Positions 39,488-53,656 of a DNA stretch of 64,000 nt are shown here, one piece after another. The notes under the pieces are model-generated. The model was given only the letters and a program-made list of their open reading frames with translations. It was not told where the DNA came from and made no database searches. Numbering within the stretch: position 1 is the stretch's first letter; each line of letters opens with the position of its first letter. Location of the stretch: the NCBI GenBank assembly GCA_964016885.1, contig OZ024743.1:312914001-312978000 (forward strand). The letters run 5' to 3'. The translations under genes and the position numbers were made by a program. Source of the DNA: Eledone cirrhosa (lineage: Eukaryota).

Positions 39488-40243
39488 CGATATATTAAAT
39501 TCGAGTGAAACCAGCCTCAGCTGATGTTGACTGACATTAGCGATTCAATACATGAAATCTCCTTCGCTGGAAAAATCTCTGGAAATGTGAACGGATATTT
39601 CTCATCTCGTGACTCGGTATTTGCTATGAAGTTATTTCATGAAACCACAGACTAACAACAGACTTACTGCAATTTCTACTCTAGCATTCCTTAATTTATT
39701 TGTCCAGATATATTATGAAGACATATACACAGCGAAAAGAGGGTGGTGGTGATAAATAAATAGATTTGGACATATTTTATATATATACAGAGAGAGAGAG
39801 GAGAAAGAATGAGAGAGAGAGGGGGAGAGTTAGAGAGAGAGCGAATGAGCAATAGTCAAATGTATATATAATGTGAATATTTTGACAAACATGAACACAC
39901 AGACTATATATATAACGAATATCAAAGAGAGTATGATGATAGATAAATTTTATACAGAAAGAGAAAGTGATAGTAATGGGTAAATGCATAGCTGACGAAT
40001 ATATGAAGACATAGAGTAAATGAGAGTATGTGGTATGATATATAGATCGACATAGATTTTAGAGAGAGAAAGAGAGAGGGCGGGTGAGAGAGAGAGAAAT
40101 GGTAATAGCTAAATGTATATTGAATGAATATCTGATGAAGATATACATACAGTAAAGAGGGTGTGTAATACATATAGATCGAGATATATTTTATAAGGAG
40201 ACAACAGTTCTATTAGTCAAATGGATGCATAGCTGAATATTTT

Positions 40244-40247
<4 letters not shown>

Positions 40248-40305
<58 letters not shown>

Positions 40306-40956
40306 TTATATATATATACATATACGTACATGCATATAAATACATACATATATACATACATACATATAAATACATACATATATATATACATACATATATA
40401 CATACATATAAATACATACATACATACATACACGTACATGCATATAAATACATACATATATACATACATACATATACATACATACATATAAATACATACA
40501 TACATATATATAAATACATACATACATATATATAAATACATACATACATATATATAAATACATACATACATATATATAAATACATACATACATATATATA
40601 AATACATACATACATATAAATACATACATACATAAATACATACATACATATACATACATACATATAAATACATACATACATATAAATACATACATACATA
40701 CATATAAATACATACATACATACATATAAATACATACATACATATAAATACATACATACATACATATAAATACATACATACATACATGTAAATACATACA
40801 TACATATAAATACATACATACATACATATACATACATACATACATATAAATACATACATACATATACATATATACATACATATAAATACATACATACATA
40901 CATACATATAAATACATACATACATATAAATACATACATACATATAAATACATACA

Positions 40957-40988
<32 letters not shown>

Positions 40989-41020
40989 AATACATACATA
41001 CATATAAATACATACATACA

Positions 41021-41067
<47 letters not shown>

Positions 41068-41108
41068 CATGTATACATACATATATATATATATATACAT
41101 ATACATGT

Positions 41109-41147
<39 letters not shown>

Positions 41148-41557
41148 CATGTATACATACATACATATATATACATGTATACACACATATAAACATACAT
41201 ACATGTATACATATATACATACATACACACATACATATACATACATACATACACATACATACACATATATATATATACATACATACACATATATATATAC
41301 ATACATACATACACACACATACATATACATACATACACATATATATATATATACAAACATACATATATATATACAAACATACATATATATATACAAACAT
41401 ACATATATATATATACAAACATACATATATATATATACAAACATACATATATATATATACAAACATACATATATATATATACAAACATACATATATATAT
41501 ATATATATACATACAAACATACATATAAATAAAAACATACATATATATATATACATA
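40248..41557. repeat. (TACA)n/(TAAA) compound microsatellite
   Basis: Direct inspection. Confidence 0.95.
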
Positions 41558-41873
41558 TCAAGTTTAATATAGAAATGGTTTCTACAGGACTAGAAACGTT
41601 TTGCTGGTGATTTCTTTTGAATGAAACAGTTTTAGTCCTGTCGAAGCACTCTAACAATGTATTGAGTACCTTACTAACTGTTGTTACACCCGATTGAACC
41701 CGAACTCACTCACACATACACGCACACAAACACACATTATATATATAAAGTTTATCCCGGGTTCAATCGGAAGTAACCACAGTAAGGTACCCAATACAAA
41801 GCTGAGTATAAATATTTAATATAGAAAAGGCTTCTACAGGACTAGAACTGTTTCATTCAGGAGAAATCATCAT

Positions 41874-41904
<31 letters not shown>

Positions 41905-41934
41905 ACACAAACAACAAAAAATGTATGCATTATG

Positions 41935-42059
<125 letters not shown>

Positions 42060-42235
42060 GGAATACTGTTGGCTTCTTGCTACAATAATTTCTATACTTT
42101 TCATTTATATATATATATACAGGATGTCCCAGAAAAATGTATACACATATTCATGAAAATGCTGCTGAAGTATGTATACATTTTGGGTAGGGAGGGGGGG
42201 GCGACACGCTGTGTGTGTGTGTGTGGCTACATGTA

Positions 42236-42272
<37 letters not shown>

Positions 42273-42562
42273 GTCTTCTTGCCGTGACAGGAAAGTGAAA
42301 GTAGACTGATAGCTACAAGTGTTGGTTGTTCATAAAATAACCATATATCATTATCGTTATACCATAAATCATTACATAAACTTTAAAATGTTAGAACACT
42401 TTACTTGTTAGTGACATGACATAATTAATGATTATATATATATATTTATAGCAGGAAATACAGTTACAGAAGATGTTGGGGCGTGGAGAGAAACGCAATA
42501 ACGTTTTTTTCATGTTTTTCAATTCCTTTCACCTGAAATGTTTTGTCATTTATTTGTGACAC

Positions 42563-42593
<31 letters not shown>

Positions 42594-42956
42594 TATCCCT
42601 TATGCGCATATGTATACATATATGTATATTTTTATAAGTATTTCACACACAAACATAGAGATGCATTTTGTCAATGACTTTCTATGGTGTATGCATTGAG
42701 TGAAATATTTCTAAAACACACACACACACACACACACACCTTATATATATATATGTGTGTGTGTGTGTCTGTCTCCCTCTCTCTCTCTATATATATATAT
42801 AAATATATAGAGAGAGAGAGTGAGAGAGAGAGAGAGAGGGGGAGAGTGAGAGGGAGAGAGATAAGTAAAAGAAGAAATATAGAATAATATAGGGATATTT
42901 TCATGAAAGTATAATAAAACGTGCTACAATGAGATAATTTATTAAAGCTGACTCAC

Positions 42957-43090
42957 TGTATCATCTGTTGTTCCCGTTCCTCTTCTTCTCGTTGTCTCTT
43001 AAGGACATCTTCAATAATTCGGCGCTCATCTTCTGTGAGATGACTTATATCAGGCATAGGCGGAAGAGATGGTCGACGGTTGGTCGACAT
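42957..43090 (-). CDS. RIMS: First coding exon of RIM / UNC-10 (regulating synaptic membrane exocytosis; Rab3-binding N-terminal helix)
   Basis: ATG at 43090 (A at -3); translates MSTNRRPSLPPMPDISHLTEDERRIIEDVLKRQREEEEREQQMI+CA, closely resembling the vertebrate RIM1 N-terminus (PDLSHLTEEERNIIMAVMDRQKEEEEKEEAMLK, from memory); ends at a consensus donor GTGAGT (42956-42951), phase 2. Confidence 0.88.
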
Positions 43091-43766
43091 ATTGGGAGTT
43101 TCACTGTTGCAGATGATGTGTGTGTGTGTGTATTTGTTGTCAGGAAATGACAGCCTGACTGGAACTATTATTATTGCACCAGTGTCAGCAAATAATGGCG
43201 GGGAGTTAAAAACCCAACAGAAAAATTAAGCCGATAATGCGGCGACGACGACGATAAAAAAGACGAGAGGAGATGAAAGCGGCAGTGGAGGAGGACCTGA
43301 AGACGAACTATATAGTTCGTCCGTTGTCGTCCGCCCGTTTCAGGTTGCAGGTGCTTCCGTAACGTCTGAGAGAGGAATTGGAACGGGAGATCTCGGAGAC
43401 GGAGATGGTTGTTATTATTATTATTCTTAGAAGTAGTAGCACAGAGGTAGTAGGATGCCACAGCAGGCAAACCAGCTAGACTGCACACGTACACACACAT
43501 ATACAACATAGATACATGCACTCACACATACACACACACACAGACACTGTGGTGTGTGTGTGTGTGTGCCGCCGCCGCCGCCGCTGCCCACAGACTGGGT
43601 GCTATCGTATAATGGATAGCCCAAGTTGAAGATGACTAGTTACTCAACATTGCAGTATATTATGCTTAGTGATAATAATTATAATGTGCATTGCCAGTGG
43701 CCCTGTTTGATGTATACATCAACGTACATAGGTACGTATATATATATATATGTATATATATATATG

Positions 43767-43798
<32 letters not shown>

Positions 43799-44173
43799 AT
43801 ATTTCGTGTGTGTAATGTGACAGCAGCAACAAGCACTGTTGTACAGTAATTAAGCAGTTGCTTCTTTAGCGATAGATTTTCCTTCGAAAAAACACAATTG
43901 GTAAGGAAAAAATCGACAAAATGATATATGGACAGCACCGAGGGATGGAATGGAGATTTTTTTTTTTTTTTTTTCAAATGACGAACGTTAAATATATATA
44001 TAGCCAGAAAGAGAAGGAGAGAGACAAAATAGAGTTTGAACTCTTGCCACAACACGGACGACACTTAGCTGTAATATTTAATCACGGTTTTAAATAAAAC
44101 CTTCTCTTCAATTCAATTTTTCTTTTTTCTCTTCAAGCCAAAAAATAATACACATAATATTGGTAAATTTGCC

Positions 44174-44219
<46 letters not shown>

Positions 44220-44830
44220 TTATATATATGTATATATATTTATATATATATGTATATATATTTATATATATATGTATATATATTTATATATATATATTTC
44301 TCTGTGTGTATGTATGTATGTATGTATTTTGTAGGTTATATTTTCCGAGATGCGATGCGTTTTTTTGTTGTTTTTTTTATCATGCGAAATATTCGTCTTT
44401 CTTCTTTTCCTCTGGTATCCTTTTTCTTTCTCTTTTTTTCTTTTTAATTTTAAATTTCTTTTTATATTTCGCTTTCTTTACTCTGTGTGTATGTGTGAGC
44501 TTCTTGTCTCTCTCCTCTCTTATACAAACACCATCCGCCTTGTAGTATGGCGTGTCCCCTGCTATGTTACTGCTACTACTGCCGCTTCTTCTACTCCGCT
44601 CGCCTTTTTCCTCCGCTGTCTTTAGCAGTGTGTGTGGCAAGCCACTCTTCATCTGCTGCTAGAGTGTGATCAGACGAGCGAATATATCGATAGGCTTTAC
44701 ACAAAGATGGTAGTAGCAGCAACAACAGCAGCAGTAGTGGTAGCAGCAACAGTGGCGGCAAACATCAGCAGCACCACCAGCAACACATGCTGCAGCATTC
44801 GATATAACAGCTAAAATAGCACCTATCGTT
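43091..44830 (-). promoter_or_regulatory. Probable RIM 5' leader / proximal promoter region
   Basis: Non-TE, locally GC/CpG-richer sequence with (GCC)n, (GAC)n and (CAG/TAG)n runs directly upstream of the ATG; TSS not determinable. Confidence 0.5.
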
Positions 44831-45412
44831 TGACTGAGCTGGGGCGACATAATTTAATCAGTTGCCCCAGCTGTGTATGCATAGTTTGACAGGCTAAGGC
44901 AGTTATCTCAGTCCTGTAGTGTCTATCTGACCACCAAAATAGCACCTATCGTTTGACAGACCAAGCTAAGCTGGATTTGATGTCAAGTCAACCGTGTACC
45001 CCATTCTTTGACCACTAATGTTACACGTATTGTTTGACATGTCAAGCTAGACGGAGACGACAGCCCTCTAAGAGTCTGACCACTAATATAGCACGTATAA
45101 TTTGACAGGTCAAGATAGGCTGAGGCGACATGGTGTCAACCAAGTACCCTCGTGTCTGACTATTAATATAATACGTATCATTTGACAGGTCAAACTAGGC
45201 AGAGGCGACATGTGTCAACCAAGTACCCTCGTGTCTGACCACTACAATACAACGTATCGTGTAATAGACCAAGTTAAACTGGGATTATTTGATTCCAGCT
45301 AGGTACCCTGATATCTGACCACTAATATAGCACGTTTCATTTGACGGGTCAAGCTAAGCTGAAGTCACTTGATGCCAGCTAGGTACCCCAGCCCTGTGTC
45401 TGGCAACTAAAG
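44812..45412. repeat. Degenerate ~80-bp tandem repeat, about 7 units
   Basis: Unit starts (TCTGACCAC-like) at 44926, 45007, 45075, 45155, 45234, 45314 and 45399, plus partial units from ~44812. Confidence 0.9.
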
Positions 45413-46359
45413 GCAATGACACGATCAGACAGTAAGGTTTTATTTTATCCTTTTTTATTAACTCGTCAAAGTGGATATATACTGCATAAAATAATATCTC
45501 ATAGCATGTTTGATTTTCAAAGGCGGGGGGAATGTAATCAAATACATACACTCGCGCGCGCATATGTGCGTTTGGGAGAGAGAGTGTTGGAGAAAAAAAG
45601 AGAAGACCACTTGTAGTTCAATAATGCACAGTATTTAATCCTACTAAACACCTGTGGAGGAAGAATCAACGGCGAAATTATCAACATATAATGATGTTAC
45701 TGTGTATGTGCGCATGTTTCTCTGCGTGTGTGTGTGTTCAAGTCTAGATATGTAGTTACACCATTCTATTCACATTTAAGTGACTGTAAGCGAGGTTATA
45801 GTGAGAGGGATGATATATATATATATAAAGTATAGATTAGGGTAAATGAAAGGTGACTATGTCGAGGATCAAGCGTGCGTGTGAGAGAAAGAGAAGAAAA
45901 AAAGTAATTGACACATTGAAGGAGTAAAAGATAAAGCGATAATGTAATAGATAGATAATGAGAGAAATGGTGATTGCCAAATCAAGAGAGAGAGAGAAGA
46001 GAATCGATAGCTAGAATGAATGAGTGAGAAATAGAGTGTGTGTGTGTAAATAAACGTAGATATTGGTGAGAGAGGGGAGTGTGAGCAGATGCGCGCCTGT
46101 CATGTGGATGGGTATTGAATTGCAAGCACGATTTTTATACTATTGTAACATCAGTTTATGCATAATGTGCACTAATATATGGAAAGGGGTACAAGTTTCA
46201 ACGATAAATGCATGCTACTGGTGCTATTTTCCTCTACTCAAATTGTGCAATTATGAGAGAAAAGAAAATGTTCTTACTTGTCATTACAATCAAAATGTGC
46301 ATTTATCATTCGCTAACGATACATAATTTTTTTTTTCATATATGTTTATGCTCATTCTT

Positions 46360-46402
<43 letters not shown>

Positions 46403-48219
46403 GTATTATTTATTTAATTCATTAGTATTATAGTGTAAGGGAAAATATTATTCAAAAATATTTTAATGGTTTACGTAGTGTTTTATAGAAATTGCAGTTC
46501 AGTTCGATGATGTATTATTTGTATTTGTAATTGTATTGAATGGAAACTAGTTGACACGTAACCGTGTGTGTATTGTATGACACTAACTAATCAACATGTA
46601 CTCGGTCGTCAGATAAAGTGCACAGAAATTAATAAATAAATAAGCGATATTGATTTCTTTTTCACTGGGCAACAAAGATAGTTTTATTGAGGGGTGGGGT
46701 ATGTGTCATTTATATTTATGCCCCAATATCTTAGAGTTATTTATGTTCGTTGTTTTTCTTTTCTTTTAATTGAACCCTGCAGTCATTTAATGCAAAATGA
46801 ATTTTGTATGAATTTGAACATACAAATATAAAACATGAAACTACACTAAATAGAGAAGAAAAAATCTCATGGAATTAATTCCACCGTCACCTCTATAGAT
46901 TGTCTTTTTTTTTTCCTGCTTTGTTTTGTTTTTTTACTTAGTACAAGGTCAATGTTATTGATGAAGAAGTAAAGTTGATTGAATTGACTATAATATAATC
47001 GTACTTCGTTTTCAGTCCTTCAGGGAGGCTTAATTAAGCCGCGCATTAAGTGAAATTAATATTAGAGGAGTCCCGAACTAGATAGCGCGGAACATCTTAG
47101 CCTGGATCAAAGGTAGAAGGTGTAATTAGTCTCAATTAGTGGCAGTGTCAGTATAAGATCGCTGAAACACGAGGCATTCTCCAAGATACTGCTGTAAAGT
47201 GTTTAACTAGTCGTTCAGTGTTCTACCGTTTACATCAATAATTGGTGTTTTGCTCCAGATCAGCTCTGTTTAGTCAAAGATATTACAATTAAATGCCCAT
47301 CGCGTCTTTTTATTTTGTTCTGATATATATCTAAATACATTATTCAGTGTGTACCCTCCAACCATGTAGAGTAGAAGCTCCCCTCCTGTTCAGATACATT
47401 CAATTTATCGGTGGTGTTGTGGATTATTGATTAGAATCAGTAATTTTCTTCTTTTCTCAGTGTATGCATATTTTCTGGGACGACACTAATTCATAAAGTA
47501 CATATCCATCTTACATTATAGACACTTCCATTACTTAGTAGCTGTCTGTATACACAGAAAGAGATGTAAATACACAACGACTATATATCTACCTTTACAC
47601 ATACACATATAATCATATATATATCCAGCTCTCCGCACTCTCAGTTCAAATCCCGCCGAAGTCAACTTAGCCTTTCATTCGTTCTATGCTGTGTACTGGG
47701 GGTGGGGGCCGATTCATTCTCTAGAAGAAATCGGTTGTATTCAGACCTCTACAGGAATGGGCTCCTCCAGGATTAAAGTGCTGAAGTCACGACATGTCTT
47801 GTGTTCGGAAGGCGTCCCTAGGCCTCCGTCAAGAGTTAAGGACGATTCACTTTTTTAATATATATATGCGTGTGTGTGTGTGTGCGCGCAGGTGATTTGT
47901 GACATGTGATGAGATGAGCAGGAAAGAGAAAAAAACCTGTAAAGTTCGCTAGACTTTAATAATACTTGGCAGAGAGTTAAGAAATTGTCGTCGGAAGTTG
48001 CAACTGTTGCTGGAAAGTGTATGGAGTTAGAAATATATACACGAACCATGTCTGCTGTGATCGCAACGATTATGAACATTCAAGTATTTTCTACTCGCTG
48101 AAATCATAGTAATAACGTAGAAAGAGATAGGTTATGTTGACATTTCTCGTGTTTCTATGTATGATTATATTTATGTGTATGTCTGTATAGGTTTTTACAC
48201 ATGTTTATCTATGTCTGTA

Positions 48220-48271
<52 letters not shown>

Positions 48272-48954
48272 AAAAAAAAATTGTCGTTTTGGAAGCCTCA
48301 ACAATGCAGATGGGTAAATCTCCGGGTAACAAAATCAGGGGGTATTGAGAGAGAGATGTAAGAGGTATGTGTATATATATATATATATGTGTGTGTATAT
48401 ATATGTGAATATATCTATGGATGTGTGTGTTGGTACGTGTATGCTTATATGTGAATATATCAATCGATGTATATGTGTAAGTTTATATATATATATATAT
48501 GAATATATTTACATGTGTATGCATATTAATATGTATATGCATATGTTCATATATTATTACGTATATACATACATATGAATGTCTATGTAAATATATATGT
48601 ATATATTATATGTGTATGTATTAATACGTATATGCATATATTATGAGAAGTTTTCATGTATGTAAATATGTGTGTATATGTATGTGTGAGTGATTATGTA
48701 TGCTTAGAAATCCGCCCTTCATTCATAGTGAAAAATAAATCGGTAACTTGAAGGAGAAATAAAGTCACAGTTAATAATTTAGTAAATAAAATAAAATTTG
48801 TATTTATATTACTATTACATGTATGCATATTTTAATAACTTTTTTGTCAGTGCATTTCACTAGCATGCATTATGTTTGCATATATTTAGTAAATCTTGCT
48901 AGGCCAGGTGACTATCATGTGTTGAGTGCAGTTTGGTCAGATTTCATTTCTCAG

Positions 48955-48989
<35 letters not shown>

Positions 48990-48992
48990 TGC

Positions 48993-49023
<31 letters not shown>

Positions 49024-49044
49024 TATGTGTGTGTGTGTGTACAT

Positions 49045-49077
<33 letters not shown>

Positions 49078-49106
49078 ATGTGTGTGTGTATATATATATA
49101 TATAAA

Positions 49107-49150
<44 letters not shown>

Positions 49151-49235
49151 ATAATAATAATTTGAAAACTAAAATCCAAAGAGGGCTCGATAAAGATAAA
49201 TATATATCAAATATATAAGAACCGTAGAGCAAATA

Positions 49236-49825
49236 TTTATTAAAATAACAGATTAAAGTTTAAGCAAAGAATCGGTGCTTTCACCCTTAACGGGATCTTC
49301 TGAAACTAACAAAGTCAATCTGTGAACGCAGAAGTGAATATTTCAAAAAACGTTGCAACCGGAGGAAGACGGGAAGACGATACTTTGGTTCGTGGAAACG
49401 TTCCCTAGCAAAGAACGGGGAAAAACGAATATAATACGTCATTATTTGGAACGGTGAAAAACAATTACACACAAAGACAAAACCACGTTTATGGTATAAA
49501 AGAAGTCGTAGACTAATATTCTATTAGGTGGTTCATAGAGACGTTCTCTGGCAATGAACGGAAAAAACGAAGATAATACGTCATATGTGGAGCGGGGAGA
49601 ACAATTGCACGCAAAAACAAAACCACGTAAATGGTATAACTGAAGTCGTAGACTAAAATTCTAACTAGGAAACCGAATGATTCTCGGCTTCAGAGTTAAG
49701 AATAAAGTAAATAAAATACAGAGGTAATTGAAATTAAATAAATACATACACGCATCCATATACGTACAAACACAAGCATACGCGAAAACACTCGCCATAG
49801 GTATACAAATACACGCACGTACACA

Positions 49826-49863
<38 letters not shown>

Positions 49864-51897
49864 GCACGCACATACAGAACCCACGCAACGCCTGTAGCCA
49901 CACACATACGAATGTATACACCAAATACACATAAAAATATATATATTTATATATATATGTGTGTCATCATCATCATTTTACGTCTGCTTTTCCCTGCTTG
50001 CACGGGTGGGACAGGAACTGATTCTGGCTTGATTTTTACAGCTGGATGCCCTTCCTAGCACCAACCTCATATACAGTGATGGCTGGGTGCTTTTTTGCCA
50101 TGGCACCTCCACAACCACTTTGCAGTGGAATGATATGGACCCCAGTCCCTATCATCTCATTTCTACAGCTGAGTAAACTGGAGCAATGTGAAATAAAGTG
50201 TCTTGCTCAAGGAAACAACACATCACCCGGTCTGAGAATTGAACTCACAACCTTTCGATTGCAAGGCCAATACTGTAACCACTAAGCCATGTGCCTCCAT
50301 ATATAGTAATAATATATACACATAACCAAAAGCATATGTACCAGAATATATAATATATACTCCATAACATATACAATCAAATATACGTACGAGGAAGTAT
50401 ACGTACCTTCACAAAACATACAGGTAATATATACTTAGCTATACAAATAAGTAATGGTATAAACATAACATATACTTAGCTACCACATCAAGATGTAAAA
50501 TATCCGCGTAATGATCGTACTATCCGTTAGGGTATAATGTAGGGCTGTAATACAGGAAAGTTTTGTGCAATTTATGTTTACAAGCCAAAATTGCCTCAGA
50601 TTTTTTGTTTAAGATGTGGTCTTTGGCATAGAGTATTTCCAGGGCCTCAGCGGCGCAGAGGTCACACGGTCTTTTATTTCCGTTATATGATCTAACCCTA
50701 GCTAGGATCTCCCAGTGTAAGATATTGGGTGTGGTTGTCTTTTAGACTCTAGATATAAGCTGAAAGTGACGTCATATTCCTTCTTAAAGGGTAACGAAAA
50801 GAATGGGTATGCATGTAAAGATGCTGCTTGAATTTATTGGCGGTTAACTCTTCGTAGGCCCTACGGGACGTGGGTGTTTCAACCTTACATTTGTAGACAA
50901 TGTTACTAGAGAGGCATTTCCCGGATAGGGGGCAGTCAACCCGATTCCTACAATTACAGTTAGTACTAACTACAGGGTTGTACATGTTCCTCCGGCTAGG
51001 TAGTTTAGCTAAATTTGAAGCTGTGATGTTATGTGCAAGGTCGTAGAGTAAGAAATTTTAATAGTATGTGTGTGCGCTTGGTATATACGTATTTATTTAT
51101 TTATATACGTTTATTTAATTATCTGTATACACGCACACACACACACATATATATATATATTTTTTTTATAGTTTCAGAAGATCCCGTTAAGGGTGAAAGC
51201 AGCGATTCTTTGCTTAAACTTTAATCTATTTTTTTTATATATATTTTTATGTGTATTTGGTGTATATATTCGTATGCGTGCGGGTACAAGCGTTACGTGG
51301 GTTTTTTTTTTTTTTTGTGTATTTGTATACCTATGGCGAGTGTTTTCGCGTATGCTTGTGTTTGTACGTATATGGGTGCATGTATGTATTTATTTAATTT
51401 CAATTACCTCTGTATTTTATTTACTTTATTCTTAACTCTGAAGCCGAGAATCATTCGGTTTCCTAGTTAGAATTTTAGTCTACGACTTCAGTTATACCAT
51501 TACCGTGGTTTTGTCTTTGTGTGCAATTGTTCTCCCCGCTCCACATATGACGTATTATCTTCGTTTTTTCCGTTCATTGCCAGAGAACGTCTCTATGAAC
51601 CACCTAATAGAATATTAGTCTACGACTCCTTTTATACCATAAACGTGGTTTTGTCTTTGCGTGTAATTGTTTTTCACCACTCCAAATAATAATGTATTAT
51701 ATTCGTTTTTTCCCGTTCTTTGCCATGGAACGTTTCCACGAACCAAAGTATCATCTTCCTGTGTTCCTCCGGTTGCAATGTTTTTTGAAATATCCACTTC
51801 TGCTTTCACAGATTGACTTTGTTAGTTTCAGAAGATCCCGTTAAGGGTGAAAGCAGCGATTCTTTGCTTAAACTTTAATCTGTTATTTTAATAAATA
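49236..51897 (-). mobile_element. Penelope-like element remnant: GIY-YIG endonuclease between inverted ~700-bp pseudo-LTRs
   Basis: 50985->~50580 encodes CNCRNRVDCPLSGKCLSSNIVYKCKV...FKQHLYMHTHSFR...TSLSAYI...CDLCAAE...LNKKSE; ~49240-49935 is the reverse complement of ~51230-51895; extra partial terminal copy at ~51170-51230. Confidence 0.85.
49964..50298 (-). mobile_element. SINE family 2 copy inserted in the Penelope-like element
   Basis: Reverse complement of the 59572-59907 type. Confidence 0.85.
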
Positions 51898-52128
51898 TAT
51901 ATATATATATATATAAAATATGTATATAAAAGCCACAGACCCTCCATCTCAACTCTACTTTTGAAAAGCAGAAGAACTGCGAAACCGGTAAAGGAACCAA
52001 ATAAATATATATATTTTTTTAAAAATAAAACTCCAGTTGCATTTTCGATTTCATCTTTTTTCCTTATACTTTCACTCCTGTAGGACACCTCGGTTATTTT
52101 TCATTTTGTAAAAAAAACCTCACTTTCT

Positions 52129-52184
<56 letters not shown>

Positions 52185-52185
<1 letters not shown>

Positions 52186-52666
52186 TGACTTCACACACTT
52201 ACACCTCTCCAAGACAATGTCACTGGACCGAGACCTTTGGCGGTACTCAGTAATAGAGAAGACCCGCCTTACCTAAATACAAAGTAAAAACCTACTACAG
52301 TCAGTAGGCATCTCTAACAAAATACACCCCCGTCCCACCACTACACCCCATCCACACCGCCCCTTTCAATGTAAAGTTATGTTGGTGCCACAACATCCAG
52401 GCCGAAACAAATGAGATGGTGTAGGTGTCACGACAAAAAACACACAGTCCACGCTGTAATGTGGCCGTGTAGGCAACACGGTAAAAACCTCCCAGCCCCA
52501 CACTGTAAATGTGGTTGGTGTTAGGAAGGGCATCCAACTGTAGAAAACCCGCCAGACAGTCCTATGCGAGCAAGACAATCACTCTTGCCTCAAGTGGGAA
52601 AACCCCCGTCCAAACCCATGCAAGCGTGGAACACGGACGTTAAACGTTGATGATGATGATGATGAT
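52185..52666 (+). mobile_element. RTE family B 3' end
   Basis: Matches 11025-11500; (GAT)n tail. Confidence 0.88.
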
Positions 52667-52885
52667 ATGTATATAAAATATGTACATATATATATCATGA
52701 TGATGATGATGTATATATGTATATATAATCAAATAATCCAATCACATTATATGCTGTCGGCCAGGTGTTCACCTGCATGGCATAACACCAGCCCTCACAG
52801 TTCACAGTCCTTTGTCATCTCTGTTGTGTGGTTTAGTTTTTTTAACTACTGGGGTTGATTAAATCAACTTAAATGGTAGGCTTAA

Positions 52886-53095
52886 CTCTTTAGCATTCAC
52901 ATTATTTTATATATACTATTATATTTTAATGGCAAAGGCTTTACCTCACATAATTATCTCACATAATATCGAATCTATGAGATTTTGAAAGTATTTATTT
53001 TGAAAACAATACCTTAACATCAGTTTGACTGACCAGTTACAGCCAGTTTCAACAGAAAGAGGTAGAGAATTCTGGCTAGTTTGAACACTAAAGGG
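52886..53095. mobile_element. piggyBac-type MITE, uninterrupted copy
   Basis: TTAA flanks at 52882-52885 and 53096-53099; CTCTTTAG...CTAAAGGG termini; inverted relative to 222-634. Confidence 0.75.
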
Positions 53096-53656
53096 TTAAT
53101 CTGTTTTCTAATTTAATAGCACAACCTGGTCCTTCATTACCTTTACTAGTGTTCAATATATTGCAAGTTTTCATTTTGAGGCAACCCTGGAAAGAGTCAT
53201 GGGCACTGTCTTTCTTTTCCTGACTGAACAGTGAAAAAAAAACTTTTACCTCAAAGTCTTCGCCTTGCACCTATGTTAGAAACAATTATGATATTTTTTT
53301 TTTTTTTAAATATCAGTAATAATCCTACTTTTTATTTACTTCACTTATTTATTCAATATACAAAATTTCACAATGTCATGAAAGGCCATTGCTATTATAC
53401 AAAACTAATTGGGCGTTGTCTAATAAAGGATAAGGATAAAGATCCCATAACTCATCATAGATTTAAACCTGGTGGAGCCCAACCATTTCCAGGTCTGAAC
53501 ACAGCCGATTCTTTTTCTATAGAGGGAGAATTGACACCAGTACTAGACTGGTAGTTTTTTTAATCGACTTCGAAAGGATGAGAGGCAAAGTTGATCCTAA
53601 TGGGATTTGAATTTAGAACGTGCAATGATGTGGGACAAATACCATAAAGCAATCTA

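Noticed and set aside
39655-39680. Strong minus-strand donor GCA|GTAAGT in a unique island
   Set aside because: No convincing upstream acceptor or RIM-like frame found.
42119-42188. Tiny Tc1-like inverted repeat (CCCAGAAAAATGTATAC / GTATACATTTTGGG)
   Set aside because: Too short and incomplete to call an element.
43930-43940. GGACAGCACC, resembling an RE1/REST half-site near a neuronal gene
   Set aside because: Half-site only, expected by chance, and REST is not established for the inferred lineage.
44812-45412. CRISPR-like appearance (conserved palindromic part plus variable part)
   Set aside because: The variable parts are homologous to each other, repeats are degenerate, there are no cas genes and the context is eukaryotic.
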